Positions 25,405-33,760 of a stretch of 35,977 nt of DNA are shown one piece after another (the first letter of the stretch is position 1; every line of letters starts with the position of its first letter). The position numbers and the translations under genes are program-made. This DNA is from an uncultured Nitrospirales bacterium (GTDB lineage: Bacteria; Nitrospirota; Thermodesulfovibrionia; UBA6902; BMS3Bbin08). The stretch is taken from assembly GCA_964347425.1 (NCBI GenBank), contig CAYFYW010000212.1, positions 1 to 35,977 of the forward strand. Reading direction: 5' to 3'. The notes under the pieces are model-generated. The model saw nothing but the letters and a program-made list of their open reading frames with translations, made no database searches and had not been told where the DNA came from.

Positions 25405-26022
25405 TTATTCGGGATTTAACATCTCATTTTCATTAAATTCCATATCATCTTGGATATCTGCCCCGGGCTGAGCCAGGGGAAATTCGGCAATTTTGCTGTA
25501 CCTCGCCCCAGCAGGATTCAGGTCGCTTCTCATCAGGGATATTGATTCGACATTGACTGATCCAAAAATATCTTTTTCGTGGAGCTTAACTGCTTTCATG
25601 AGATCTTCTTTTCCCGCTGCAGATCTGAATCTACCGAGAGTAAGGTGCGCAGTAAATTTTCTCTTCTCCTGCTTAAATCCTAAATTGGCTATCCCCTCAT
25701 CAATCTCTCTTTGAATCTCTGTCAGTATCCTGCTGCTATTGATACTCACCCATAAGACCCTCGGAGATCTTGTACCGGGAAAGACACCCACGCCTGTCAT
25801 TTCAAGACCAAAGGCAGTATACCGACTGCAAATTTCTTTCATTATTTCCGTTATCTTATCAACTTCCCCTTTATCAATACTTCCAAGGAATTTTAAAGTA
25901 AGATGGATATTCTCCGGTTTGACCCATCGGACATCAGCCCCGTATTTTTTAAACTCCTGCTGAAGTTCTGCCATGGCAGATTTTAGTGTGTCCGGTATTT
26001 CAATGGCTATAAAACTTCTCAA
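25405..26022 (-). CDS. thpR: RNA 2',3'-cyclic phosphodiesterase (2'-5' RNA ligase family)
   Basis: Two HxT/S motifs (HLTLKFLG and HLTLGRF). TTG start, then RSFIAIEIP. Confidence 0.85.
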   Translation of the reverse strand: MRSFIAIEIPDTLKSAMAELQQEFKKYGADVRWVKPENIHLTLKFLGSIDKGEVDKITEIMKEICSRYTAFGLEMTGVGVFPGTRSPRVLWVSINSSRILTEIQREIDEGIANLGFKQEKRKFTAHLTLGRFRSAAGKEDLMKAVKLHEKDIFGSVNVESISLMRSDLNPAGARYSKIAEFPLAQPGADIQDDMEFNENEMLNPE

Positions 26023-26090
26023 GGTTTTCTGTCAATAATTCAATTTTCGCCTACTTTATAGATAGAATACCACAGATCAATTAAAATAAA

Positions 26091-26127
26091 AATTCCAAAT
26101 TCCAATCCCGGAATTCCAAATCCCGGG
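26091..26127. repeat. tandem heptamers AATTCCA / AATCCCG upstream of thpR
   Basis: aattcca aattcca atcccgg aattcca aatcccg. 20 nt match the recA-upstream tract at 25384-25403 with one mismatch. Confidence 0.8.
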
Positions 26128-26176
26128 CTATCAAAAATATCGGTTAATCAGATTCAAATATTGTTTAAAACCACTA

Positions 26177-26368
26177 CTGTCAAAAATAACCATGAACAGG
26201 AAGGCTGGTCGATGACCTGCAGAGATGCCCGATAAACATAACTACACCCTTTGGCGATCTGCATAGCAGGAGATAGTATTTGAGCGAAGTCGAGGGACAA
26301 GGTCAAAATCCGGCAATTCATTATGTTTATGAGGTGTTCAGCCTCCGCAAATTCTTTATTTTGGACAG
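26177..26368 (+). repeat. MITE-like modular repeat, copy B (192 bp, lacks the inner hairpin module)
   Basis: ctgtcaaaaataa ... ttattttggacag termini, with both conserved arms present. Confidence 0.85.
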
Positions 26369-26378
26369 GTATGGTGAT

Positions 26379-26825
26379 TTATAATATCTGCCTTAATAGT
26401 TGCATGCTCAGATTGGTATAAACTGCGGCTAACACATCATCCAGCATAATGCCTGCACCACCCCGAACAAGCCCTTCAATTTGTCTTATGGGCGGCGGCT
26501 TCAGTATATCGAAAACTCTGAATAAGACGAATGCTGTGAGAAGATAACCTGTGCTTTTTGGAATTAGTATGACCGAGAGCAGATATCCGGAAAATTCGTC
26601 TATGACTATATGACTGCTATCTTTGCCAAGGACTTTTTCGGCATTGTGTGAAGTTAACAAACCGAGAAGAAACATTGGTAAAAAAATCATGAGAAGTTCA
26701 AGATCGTCGGGTCCAAGTAAAATTATGAGTAAAAGGCCCGGTGCCGAGCCAAAGGTACCCGGGGCATGTGGAAGATAACCGATAAAGCCCAGTGTTGCGA
26801 TTGCCTGCTGAATTTTTTTAGTCAA
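26379..26825 (-). CDS. pgpA: phosphatidylglycerophosphatase A
   Basis: ATLGFIGYLPHAPGTFGS...VIDEFSG...FR.FDI.KP.P...E pattern. Confidence 0.88.
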   Translation of the reverse strand: MTKKIQQAIATLGFIGYLPHAPGTFGSAPGLLLIILLGPDDLELLMIFLPMFLLGLLTSHNAEKVLGKDSSHIVIDEFSGYLLSVILIPKSTGYLLTAFVLFRVFDILKPPPIRQIEGLVRGGAGIMLDDVLAAVYTNLSMQLLRQIL

Positions 26826-26855
26826 TGAGGCCTTCTCTTGATTAGTTTAACTTTC

Positions 26856-27278
26856 TTAATCCTCCCGGACAATCCTATATGAATGTTTTATATTTGCCGA
26901 TTTGTCCAGAGTTGCGCCGACCGAACAATATTTATCCAGAGAAAGCTCAATCGCACGTTCTACAGCCGCATCAGAAATATTTTTGCCGGTTAACACATAT
27001 TCAATATGAATAGCCGTATACCTGTGCGGATGGTCTTTTGCCTTCTCACCTTCTACATTCATCTCAAACCCGGTTACATTCTGCTTTTTTTTCCTCAAAA
27101 TTGAAATCACATCCATTCCAGTACACCCGCCAAAGGCCATAAGAAGAATTTCCATGGGGGTAGAGGCTGTATTGCCTCCGCCAACTGATGGTGGTGCATC
27201 CATTACCACTGCATGGCCTGAATCAGCACTGCCAACAAACTGCATACCGTCTACAAATGTAACTTTAGCCTTTCCCAT
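26856..27278 (-). CDS. OsmC-family peroxiredoxin-like protein
   Basis: 140 aa. P.E.LL.A.GGCTGMDV and the second Cys in DKYCSV are typical of OsmC/YhfA-like proteins. Confidence 0.85.
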   Translation of the reverse strand: MGKAKVTFVDGMQFVGSADSGHAVVMDAPPSVGGGNTASTPMEILLMAFGGCTGMDVISILRKKKQNVTGFEMNVEGEKAKDHPHRYTAIHIEYVLTGKNISDAAVERAIELSLDKYCSVGATLDKSANIKHSYRIVRED

Positions 27279-27451
27279 TTTCTTACCTCCTGTACAGTTG
27301 TGATTTACTCCAATTCCTTTTTATCGGTGTAATCAGTATTGTTAAAAATTTGTCATCTAAACCTTTTTTAAAATGTACTGGATAGTTCTCGCCTTTGTCA
27401 ATTCATAGCGTCTCATGTGAAATCTGCTATAATTTACTGATGCTTTATGAT

Positions 27452-28138
27452 ATGAAAATAGCGGTTATAATTCCCGCACTGAATGAAGAAGAAACCATTT
27501 CCAGGGTGCTGGGAGACATACCTCGTGATTTGGTTGATGAAGTGGTAGTTGTGGACAATGGGAGTACCGACAGGACCCCTTCGATAGCAGAGGGATGGGG
27601 AGCAACCGTCCTGAATGAAGCGAAAAAGGGTTACGGGTACCCCTGCCTGCGAGCAATCGAATACCTTAAGGGAGAGAGTCCGGATGTAGTGGTTTTTTTA
27701 GACGGAAATTATAGTGACTACCCTACAGAGGTAATCAGGCTGCTTGAGCCCATAGTCAGGGACGGTTATGATCTGGTTCTTGGTTCCAGGTTCATGGGTG
27801 AATGTGAAAAGGGTGCTCTAAGGCCCCCTGTTCGTTTCGGTAATCTATTGGCAACTACATTGATCAGATTTCTTTATCTGGCTAAATACTCGGACCTCGG
27901 CCCCTTCAGGGCCATTAAATTTACAAAACTACTGGAATTGGGTATGCGGGATAACCTGGGATGGACAATCGAAATGCAGATTAAGGCAGTTCAAAAAAAA
28001 TACCGGATTGCCGAGGTACCGGTCAGTTATCGAAAAGGAACCGGGAAGTCAAAAATAACGGGAAATATAAAGGGTATAATAGTGGTTGGTTATAGACTTC
28101 TCTGGAACGTATTCAAATACAGGTTCTTCCGGAATTGA
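27452..28138 (+). CDS. family 2 glycosyltransferase
   Basis: IAVIIPALNEEETI...VVVVDNGSTDRT...FLDGNYSDYP (DxD-like). Start placed at Met 27452 (MKIAVIIPA). Confidence 0.8.
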   Translation: MKIAVIIPALNEEETISRVLGDIPRDLVDEVVVVDNGSTDRTPSIAEGWGATVLNEAKKGYGYPCLRAIEYLKGESPDVVVFLDGNYSDYPTEVIRLLEPIVRDGYDLVLGSRFMGECEKGALRPPVRFGNLLATTLIRFLYLAKYSDLGPFRAIKFTKLLELGMRDNLGWTIEMQIKAVQKKYRIAEVPVSYRKGTGKSKITGNIKGIIVVGYRLLWNVFKYRFFRN

Positions 28139-29127
28139 AACCTCACGGTAGAACGACCAAATCTTCAAATACCGTAATTATTATTCTCGGACCGACCGGT
28201 GTTGGTAAAACTGGTCTGTCTGTCCTTCTCGCAGAAACCTTAAATACAGAAATCATAAGCGCAGATTCTATGCAGATTTACCGTCATATGGACATAGGAA
28301 CTGGCAAACCTTCACAAAGGCAACTGGAAAAAGTAAAACATCACCTGATTAACATATTATCTCCCAGAGAATCTTTCAGTGCCGGCATGTTTAAAAAGAT
28401 GGCGACAAAAATCATAGATGAGCTGCACAGAAAATGTAAAATCCCAATAATTGTGGGGGGAACAGGTCTTTATATAAAGACTCTCACGAGGGGCCTGTTT
28501 GAAGGACCCGGCGCTGACTGGTCATTGAGAGAAAAATTGAGAGAGGAAGAGAGATATTTCGGTAAAGGATATCTCTATCGACATCTCAAGCAGGTTGACC
28601 CTTTATCTGCAGGCAAAATCAATCCAAATGATACAAGAAGAATAATCAGGGCACTCGAAGTTTCACTGAAAGGCGGTAAGACAATCTCGGAGCTTCAGCA
28701 TGTATCAACCGTGTCTCTACCGTATAATTTTGTCAAGATAGGACTTTTAAGGGAAAGAAAACAGCTATACAAACTCATAGAAGAGAGGGTTGATGACATG
28801 ATGGAGAGAGGTCTTTTACAGGAGACAGAGACGCTCCTAAGAAAGAGTCCCCATAGAACCCCCTTACAGTCACTCGGGTATAAGGAAATGCAACTTTATC
28901 TCAAAGGCGCTCTCGGTTTCGAACATGCCGTAAGGCTTTTAAAAAAACGTACAAAAATGTATGCTAAAAGACAGTTTACGTGGTTTAAGAGAGAATCCGG
29001 CATTAGCTGGATAGACATAACAGACATTATGGATGCAGACAAGATTTATGAGAAGGTCATAAATGATGTTGATATTCTGAGAGAAATACTTTATGTTAAA
29101 AAATCTTATAAAAAACAAGATGTCTAA
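28135..29127 (+). CDS. miaA: tRNA dimethylallyltransferase
   Basis: P-loop ILGPTGVGKTGLS, SADSMQIYRHMDIGTGKP, IVGGTGLY, YAKRQ.TWF. TTG start overlaps the GT2 stop by 4 nt. Confidence 0.94.
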   Translation: MKPHGRTTKSSNTVIIILGPTGVGKTGLSVLLAETLNTEIISADSMQIYRHMDIGTGKPSQRQLEKVKHHLINILSPRESFSAGMFKKMATKIIDELHRKCKIPIIVGGTGLYIKTLTRGLFEGPGADWSLREKLREEERYFGKGYLYRHLKQVDPLSAGKINPNDTRRIIRALEVSLKGGKTISELQHVSTVSLPYNFVKIGLLRERKQLYKLIEERVDDMMERGLLQETETLLRKSPHRTPLQSLGYKEMQLYLKGALGFEHAVRLLKKRTKMYAKRQFTWFKRESGISWIDITDIMDADKIYEKVINDVDILREILYVKKSYKKQDV

Positions 29128-29133
29128 TCAGTA

Positions 29134-29211
29134 CTGTCCAAAATAATATAAAAAGAAGGCGGGCTTGCCCGCCAAATCTGTAAAGGCGGGATGCATTTCT
29201 GTTTTGGACAG
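29134..29211. repeat. MITE-like repeat, short copy E (78 bp) between miaA and hfq
   Basis: ctgtccaaaataa ... ctgttttggacag termini. Inner GC hairpin ggcgggc tt gcccgcc. Flanked by the 12-bp direct repeat gatgtctaatca (29119-29130 and 29216-29227). Confidence 0.8.
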
Positions 29212-29261
29212 ATGTGATGTCTAATCAAGGATAATAAATATATATTATAACGGGAGATTCT

Positions 29262-29501
29262 ATGGGCAATAAGAGCCATGACTTGCAGGACCTCTACCTC
29301 AATTCCTTAAGAAAGGAAAAGATTCCGGTTGTGGTATATCTAACAAACGGAGCACGCCTGAGGGGGGTAATAAAGGGTTTCGATAATTTTGTGATTTTAT
29401 TTAAACAGGAAAAGCAGCAGCTTGTGTACAAACATGCCATTTCCACGATAATTCCAGAGAGAGATGTTGCCTTAAATCGTGAAAATGCCAGGGGAGAATG
29501 A
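29262..29501 (+). CDS. hfq: RNA chaperone Hfq
   Basis: Sm1/Sm2 motifs: [40 protein letters not shown]...[11 protein letters not shown]. Confidence 0.96.
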   Translation: MGNKSHDLQDLYLNSLRKEKIPVVVYLTNGARLRGVIKGFDNFVILFKQEKQQLVYKHAISTIIPERDVALNRENARGE

Positions 29502-29908
29502 ACTGGATGCAGTCCCGGCCAGGAAGCCCTCTTTGCACTGTTGATGCAATCATAGAGACTGGAAATGGAATTATTCTCATCAAAAGAAAAAACCCACCTT
29601 CCGGATGGGCTATTCCGGGGGGATTTGTCGATTATGGAGAATCACTTGAGGATGCTGTTTGCAGAGAGGCAAAAGAAGAAACAGGGCTTGATATAGAACT
29701 TTTAAAACAGTTCCATACATATTCAGACCCTGAAAGAGACCCCAGGCATCACACCATTTCCACTATATACATTGCCACTGCGTCAGGCGAACCAAAAGCG
29801 GGTGATGACGCTAAAGAAGTGGGGATTTTCAATAAAGACTCTCTCCCGAAAGATATAGCCTTTGACCACAGGCAGATTCTTGAAGATTATTTTAGTGGAA
29901 AGTATTAA
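29498..29908 (+). CDS. NUDIX hydrolase
   Basis: Nudix box [28 protein letters not shown] overlap with the hfq stop. Confidence 0.88.
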   Translation: MNWMQSRPGSPLCTVDAIIETGNGIILIKRKNPPSGWAIPGGFVDYGESLEDAVCREAKEETGLDIELLKQFHTYSDPERDPRHHTISTIYIATASGEPKAGDDAKEVGIFNKDSLPKDIAFDHRQILEDYFSGKY

Positions 29909-30011
29909 TCCAAAATCATACCTGTCCAGACCCCGCGAAACCCTAAAGTAATAAGTCGTTCAGGCCGAATAGTTATATAGTTGGATTAAAAAATTCTGAA
30001 AAAGGGTCAGT

Positions 30012-30284
30012 ATGGTAAAAAAACGACCTTTAAAGGTTCGCGACAGGATAGAAGAATACCTGGCACAAGTTCCCCGATTCGGTATGATCGCTGTGGATAT
30101 GGGTTTTGTGACTGCACAGCAACTGAAAGAAGTCTTGACCGAGCAGATTGAAGACGACCTTTCCAACAGGCCCCACAGACTTGTTGGAGAAATGTTTTTC
30201 GACAGAGGCTGGATGACCCATGACCAGATTGAGACGGTTTTGAACAGACTCTCCAACGAAAAAAGGGGTAAGGGCGTTTCATAA
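30012..30284 (+). CDS. small stand-alone MshEN/T2SSE_N-like protein
   Basis: Residues 22-45, RFGMIAVDMGFVTAQQLKEVLTEQ, fit the RLGxxLLxxGLLxxxxLxxxLxxQ pattern. A second, looser copy is LVGEMFFDRGWMTHDQIETVLNRL. Confidence 0.5.
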   Translation: MVKKRPLKVRDRIEEYLAQVPRFGMIAVDMGFVTAQQLKEVLTEQIEDDLSNRPHRLVGEMFFDRGWMTHDQIETVLNRLSNEKRGKGVS

Positions 30285-30306
30285 AACGGGCCCCTCCGAT
30301 ACTCGA

Positions 30307-30696
30307 TCAAACCTTGATCAATTTCCCTTTTGCATCAGCAATAATTAAATCATCTCCGGTCACAGCCTTTGCATAAGCATCTAAAAGTTTCTTAGTCGTT
30401 TTTAATATCCTGGCCTCAATTCTTACCTTCTCTCCAACATTAAGAGCCTTTCTGAGACGAACGTCCATATGTGCAGTAACAGCCGGCATATCCATGGCAA
30501 TGGCAAGCTTAACCATTGCCTCGTCCAGAAGAGTCGATATGATCCCGCCGTGGACAATGTTTAAGTATCCCTGGTGCTCTTTTTTGGGGATAAATTCGGT
30601 TCTTATAGTTTCTCCATTGAAATGGAAATCCAGCTTAAGGCCAATGGGATTTTTTTGCCCGCATACAAAACAGTAGCCGTCATCAATAAGGTCCAT
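30307..30696 (-). CDS. PaaI-family hotdog-fold thioesterase
   Basis: CFVCGQKNPIGLKL.F........F......H.G....VHGG....LLDE.M. Confidence 0.82.
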   Translation of the reverse strand: MDLIDDGYCFVCGQKNPIGLKLDFHFNGETIRTEFIPKKEHQGYLNIVHGGIISTLLDEAMVKLAIAMDMPAVTAHMDVRLRKALNVGEKVRIEARILKTTKKLLDAYAKAVTGDDLIIADAKGKLIKV

Positions 30697-30812
30697 TATA
30701 AAAATTTAGCATAATACTTTATCAATCGCAAATACAATAAAACATTCGTTTTACATAAATTTACTGTGCTATACTCTAAAATAGTATTTGCCTGAAGGGG
30801 GTGAGAAAATCC

Positions 30813-31265
30813 ATGTCCAGGAAGAAAAAAACTGAAAAAGTAAAACCTGGAAATAAAGCCGGGGAGAAAAATAAAAGCACAAAAAATATCATTATCGTTG
30901 TTGCGGCGGTATTGGCCGCTGCGCTGGTGGTAATTGCCTTTCAGTTGAGAACATCAACCGATAAAACCCCCGGTTCCGTGTCTGCTGTTGATGATAGTTC
31001 TTTGCGGAAGGGTGAGACGAGGGAGACCCTTCCGCCTGCAATGTTTGCAGATCCATTTATTGCAGGGATGTATCAGGTTGCAAAGGACATACCTCACGTT
31101 CTGGACAGTGTCAGGTGTTATTGCTATTGCGAAAGGGACCCGTTCAAACACGTTAGTCTTCTCAGTTGTTTTGTGGACAAGCATGCAGCCGCCTGAGGCA
31201 TCTGTCTGAATGAAGCCCGGCGGGCTTCAGAATTGTATAAAGAGGGCAAGAGCATAAAAGAAATA
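30813..31265 (+). CDS. PCYCGC-type membrane-anchored protein read through an in-frame TGA (candidate selenocysteine at 31194-31196)
   Basis: RBS gggggtga before ATG 30813, an N-terminal TM anchor and a CYCYC...H.SLLSCF..KHAAA motif. The same frame continues past TGA as GICLNEARRASELYKEGKSIKE to TAA 31263-31265. Confidence 0.5.
31211..31229 (+). promoter_or_regulatory. SECIS-like stem-loop 14 nt downstream of the in-frame TGA
   Basis: tgaagccc ggc gggcttca: perfect 8-bp stem (or 6-7 bp with a G-rich 5-7 nt loop). Confidence 0.35.
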
Positions 31266-31399
31266 AGCGATATTATAGACAAAGAATTTGGCAGATAGAT
31301 TCAGGTGTTACCATTATTTAATAAAAGACTTGACCTGAAATTTTCATATGGAGTCTATTCCCATCACGCTCTTACAGAGGTATTGATGGTTTTAAACCC

Positions 31400-32422
31400 A
31401 TGTTGGTAAATCTTTTAGTAAAGCCGGGCGTGCTTGAATTAAGAGAGGTTAAGACCCCGAGGCCGTCACCCGGCGAAGTTCTCGTAAAGATAAAGGCTGC
31501 TCTTACCTGCGGGACAGACTTGAAGGCGTTCAGGAGAGGGCATCCTGTGATACCAATGCCAACGGTCTTTGGCCACGAGTTTTCAGGCGTTGTGGAGGAT
31601 GTCGGCAGAGGTGTAAAAAAATTCTCAAGGGGTATGGATATAATGGCTGTCCACAGCGCTCCGTGCGAAAAATGTTATTTCTGTAAAAAACAACTGTACA
31701 ATCTCTGTGAGGGCCTAATGAAAACAAAAGTTCTCGGCGCCTTTGCAGAATATATTTTATTGCCAAAACATATTGTTAAACATAATGCCTTTATAAAGCC
31801 GGAAAGACTCTCCTTTCAGGAAGCAGCTTTTTTAGAACCTCTTTCCTGTGTGATACACAGCGTCAACTCCGTCAGCATGTCCAGAGGAGATACTGCTCTG
31901 ATATTTGGAGCCGGCGCTATTGGATTGCTGCATTTAATGGCTTTAAAAACAATGGGTATTAAAGCGATTGTCGTTGACAAACAAGAAACACGTCTTGGAA
32001 AGGCAGTCGAGGCAAAATCGGATATTGTGGTAAATGCTGACAGAGAAGACGTTCATGGAAAGATTATGGACTTTACGGGAAAAAGGGGTGTTGATGTTGT
32101 ATTTGAATGCACCGGGGCACATGAGGTATGGGAAAACTCTGTCTGGCTTGTCCGTAAAGGTGGAACGGTTATACTGTTCGGGGGATGTAGGCAGGGAACA
32201 CGGGTTGCTTATGATGCAGGGAGGATTCACTATGATGAGATAACCCTTAAAGGCGTTTTTCACTACAAACCTTCTGATGTGGCAAAGGCATATAATCTTC
32301 TTTCTCAAGGAAAAATGACAGTGGACAGACTGATTTCAGGAGAATATCCCCTCCAGGGGCTGAAAAAAGCATTTGACAGGCTGATGGCCGGTGAGGGAAT
32401 AAAATATGCGATTATTCCTTAA
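31400..32422 (+). CDS. Zn-dependent medium-chain alcohol/polyol dehydrogenase
   Basis: GHEFSGVVEDVG catalytic-Zn motif, structural-Zn Cys cluster CEKCYFCKKQLYNLC and Rossmann IFGAGAIG. Confidence 0.86.
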   Translation: MLVNLLVKPGVLELREVKTPRPSPGEVLVKIKAALTCGTDLKAFRRGHPVIPMPTVFGHEFSGVVEDVGRGVKKFSRGMDIMAVHSAPCEKCYFCKKQLYNLCEGLMKTKVLGAFAEYILLPKHIVKHNAFIKPERLSFQEAAFLEPLSCVIHSVNSVSMSRGDTALIFGAGAIGLLHLMALKTMGIKAIVVDKQETRLGKAVEAKSDIVVNADREDVHGKIMDFTGKRGVDVVFECTGAHEVWENSVWLVRKGGTVILFGGCRQGTRVAYDAGRIHYDEITLKGVFHYKPSDVAKAYNLLSQGKMTVDRLISGEYPLQGLKKAFDRLMAGEGIKYAIIP

Positions 32423-32507
32423 AGCGCGGATTGACACAGATTAAAAAAGCAGATTGGCACAGATAAAGACAATTATTGACTCACGCATAAATAATGTCCG
32501 CTTTTTC

Positions 32508-32601
32508 GTCATTCCCGAAATTCTTGATCGGGAATCCATGTTTTAAGTTTTTACCTCTGGATTCCCCGACCTGCCTGCCGGCAGGCAGGTCGGGGAATGA
32601 C
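32508..32601. repeat. GTCATTCCCG...GGGGAATGAC hairpin repeat, second copy
   Basis: gtcattcccga..tcgggaatcc plus the perfect 16-bp palindrome arms ccccgacctgcctgcc/ggcaggcaggtcgggg. Confidence 0.8.
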
Positions 32602-32663
32602 AGCACTATCAGTATATAGGGCATTATTATTACGACTATCAATAGTGATTATATACGTATCAG

Positions 32664-33686
32664 ATGAAAGTCGCTAAACTCTACAGTTTCAACGATATCC
32701 GTATTGAGGACGTGCCGGTTCCCGAGATTGGCCCGGATGATGCACTGGTCAGGGTCAAGGCATGCGGCATCTGTTCAGGTGATGTCATGCCATGGTATAT
32801 AGAGACAAAAGCCCCGCTTGTCCTTGGCCATGAGCCGGCGGGGGAGATGGTCAAGGTAGGCCGCATGGTTAAAAACTTCAAATATGGTGACAGGGTATTT
32901 TTTCATCACCATGCCCCCTGCTTCATTTGCAAATACTGTAAAAAGGGCGACTATGTTCAATGCCACACATGGAAGGATTCAAAGATAATCCCGGGTGGTA
33001 TATCAGAATATGCACTCATTCCCCGGGTAAACTTGCAGGGCGACACGCTCCTGCTCCGGGGAAAAGTTTCTTTTGAAGAGGCTACGCTTATTGAGCCGGT
33101 TGCCTGCGTTGTAAAAGGATTGAAGAGGGCTAAAGTCAGACAGGGAGACACGGTCCTTGTAATGGGACTCGGTGTTATGGGACAGATACATATCATACTT
33201 GCGAAAAGATATGGTGCTGAAAAAATAATAGGAGCAGATAGGATACCTTATCGGCTTCAACATGCAAAGGAATTCGGAGCCCACGCTGTTATTGATGTAT
33301 CAAGCGTCGAATTTGCGGATGCAATAGTCAACGAGACCGGCGGAGAGATGGCAGACGTTGTGGTAGTCGGTCCCGGGGATGTTGAAGCAATGTCTCAGGG
33401 TATTGGTTGTGCCGGCAGAGGGGGCAGGGTGCTTTTTTTTACACCGGCAGGACCGGAAGACGTGCTTCGTATCAAGCCAAATGAAATATACTTCAGGGAT
33501 ATAAACATTATAACCAGTTACTCCTGCGGACCTGACGATACTAAAGAGGCACTTGCCCTTATATCAGATGGTGTAATTAATACGGAGCGTCTTATTACAC
33601 ACAAATTCCCCATCGAAAAAACCTCAGAGGCCTTCAGGCTTACTGCCGCGGCAAAAGACTCTCTTAAGGTAGTGGTTACAATATGA
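32664..33686 (+). CDS. Zn-dependent medium-chain alcohol/threonine dehydrogenase-like protein
   Basis: CGICSGD, GHEPAGEMVKVG, Cys cluster CFICKYCKKGDYVQC and Rossmann VMGLGVMG. Confidence 0.86.
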   Translation: MKVAKLYSFNDIRIEDVPVPEIGPDDALVRVKACGICSGDVMPWYIETKAPLVLGHEPAGEMVKVGRMVKNFKYGDRVFFHHHAPCFICKYCKKGDYVQCHTWKDSKIIPGGISEYALIPRVNLQGDTLLLRGKVSFEEATLIEPVACVVKGLKRAKVRQGDTVLVMGLGVMGQIHIILAKRYGAEKIIGADRIPYRLQHAKEFGAHAVIDVSSVEFADAIVNETGGEMADVVVVGPGDVEAMSQGIGCAGRGGRVLFFTPAGPEDVLRIKPNEIYFRDINIITSYSCGPDDTKEALALISDGVINTERLITHKFPIEKTSEAFRLTAAAKDSLKVVVTI

Positions 33687-33760
33687 GACCAAAATCCGTT
33701 AACCCGAATAATGCAGATATTGTTCAAGAAATAAAATAAATCAAAGATCAGAAATCATGA

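Noticed and set aside
25357-26176. Search for a LexA/SOS box upstream of recA or thpR.
   Set aside because: I found no convincing match to the LexA box types I know (CTGT-N8-ACAG, GAAC-N4-GTTC, GTTC-N7-GTTC and others). Only the heptamer tracts are present.
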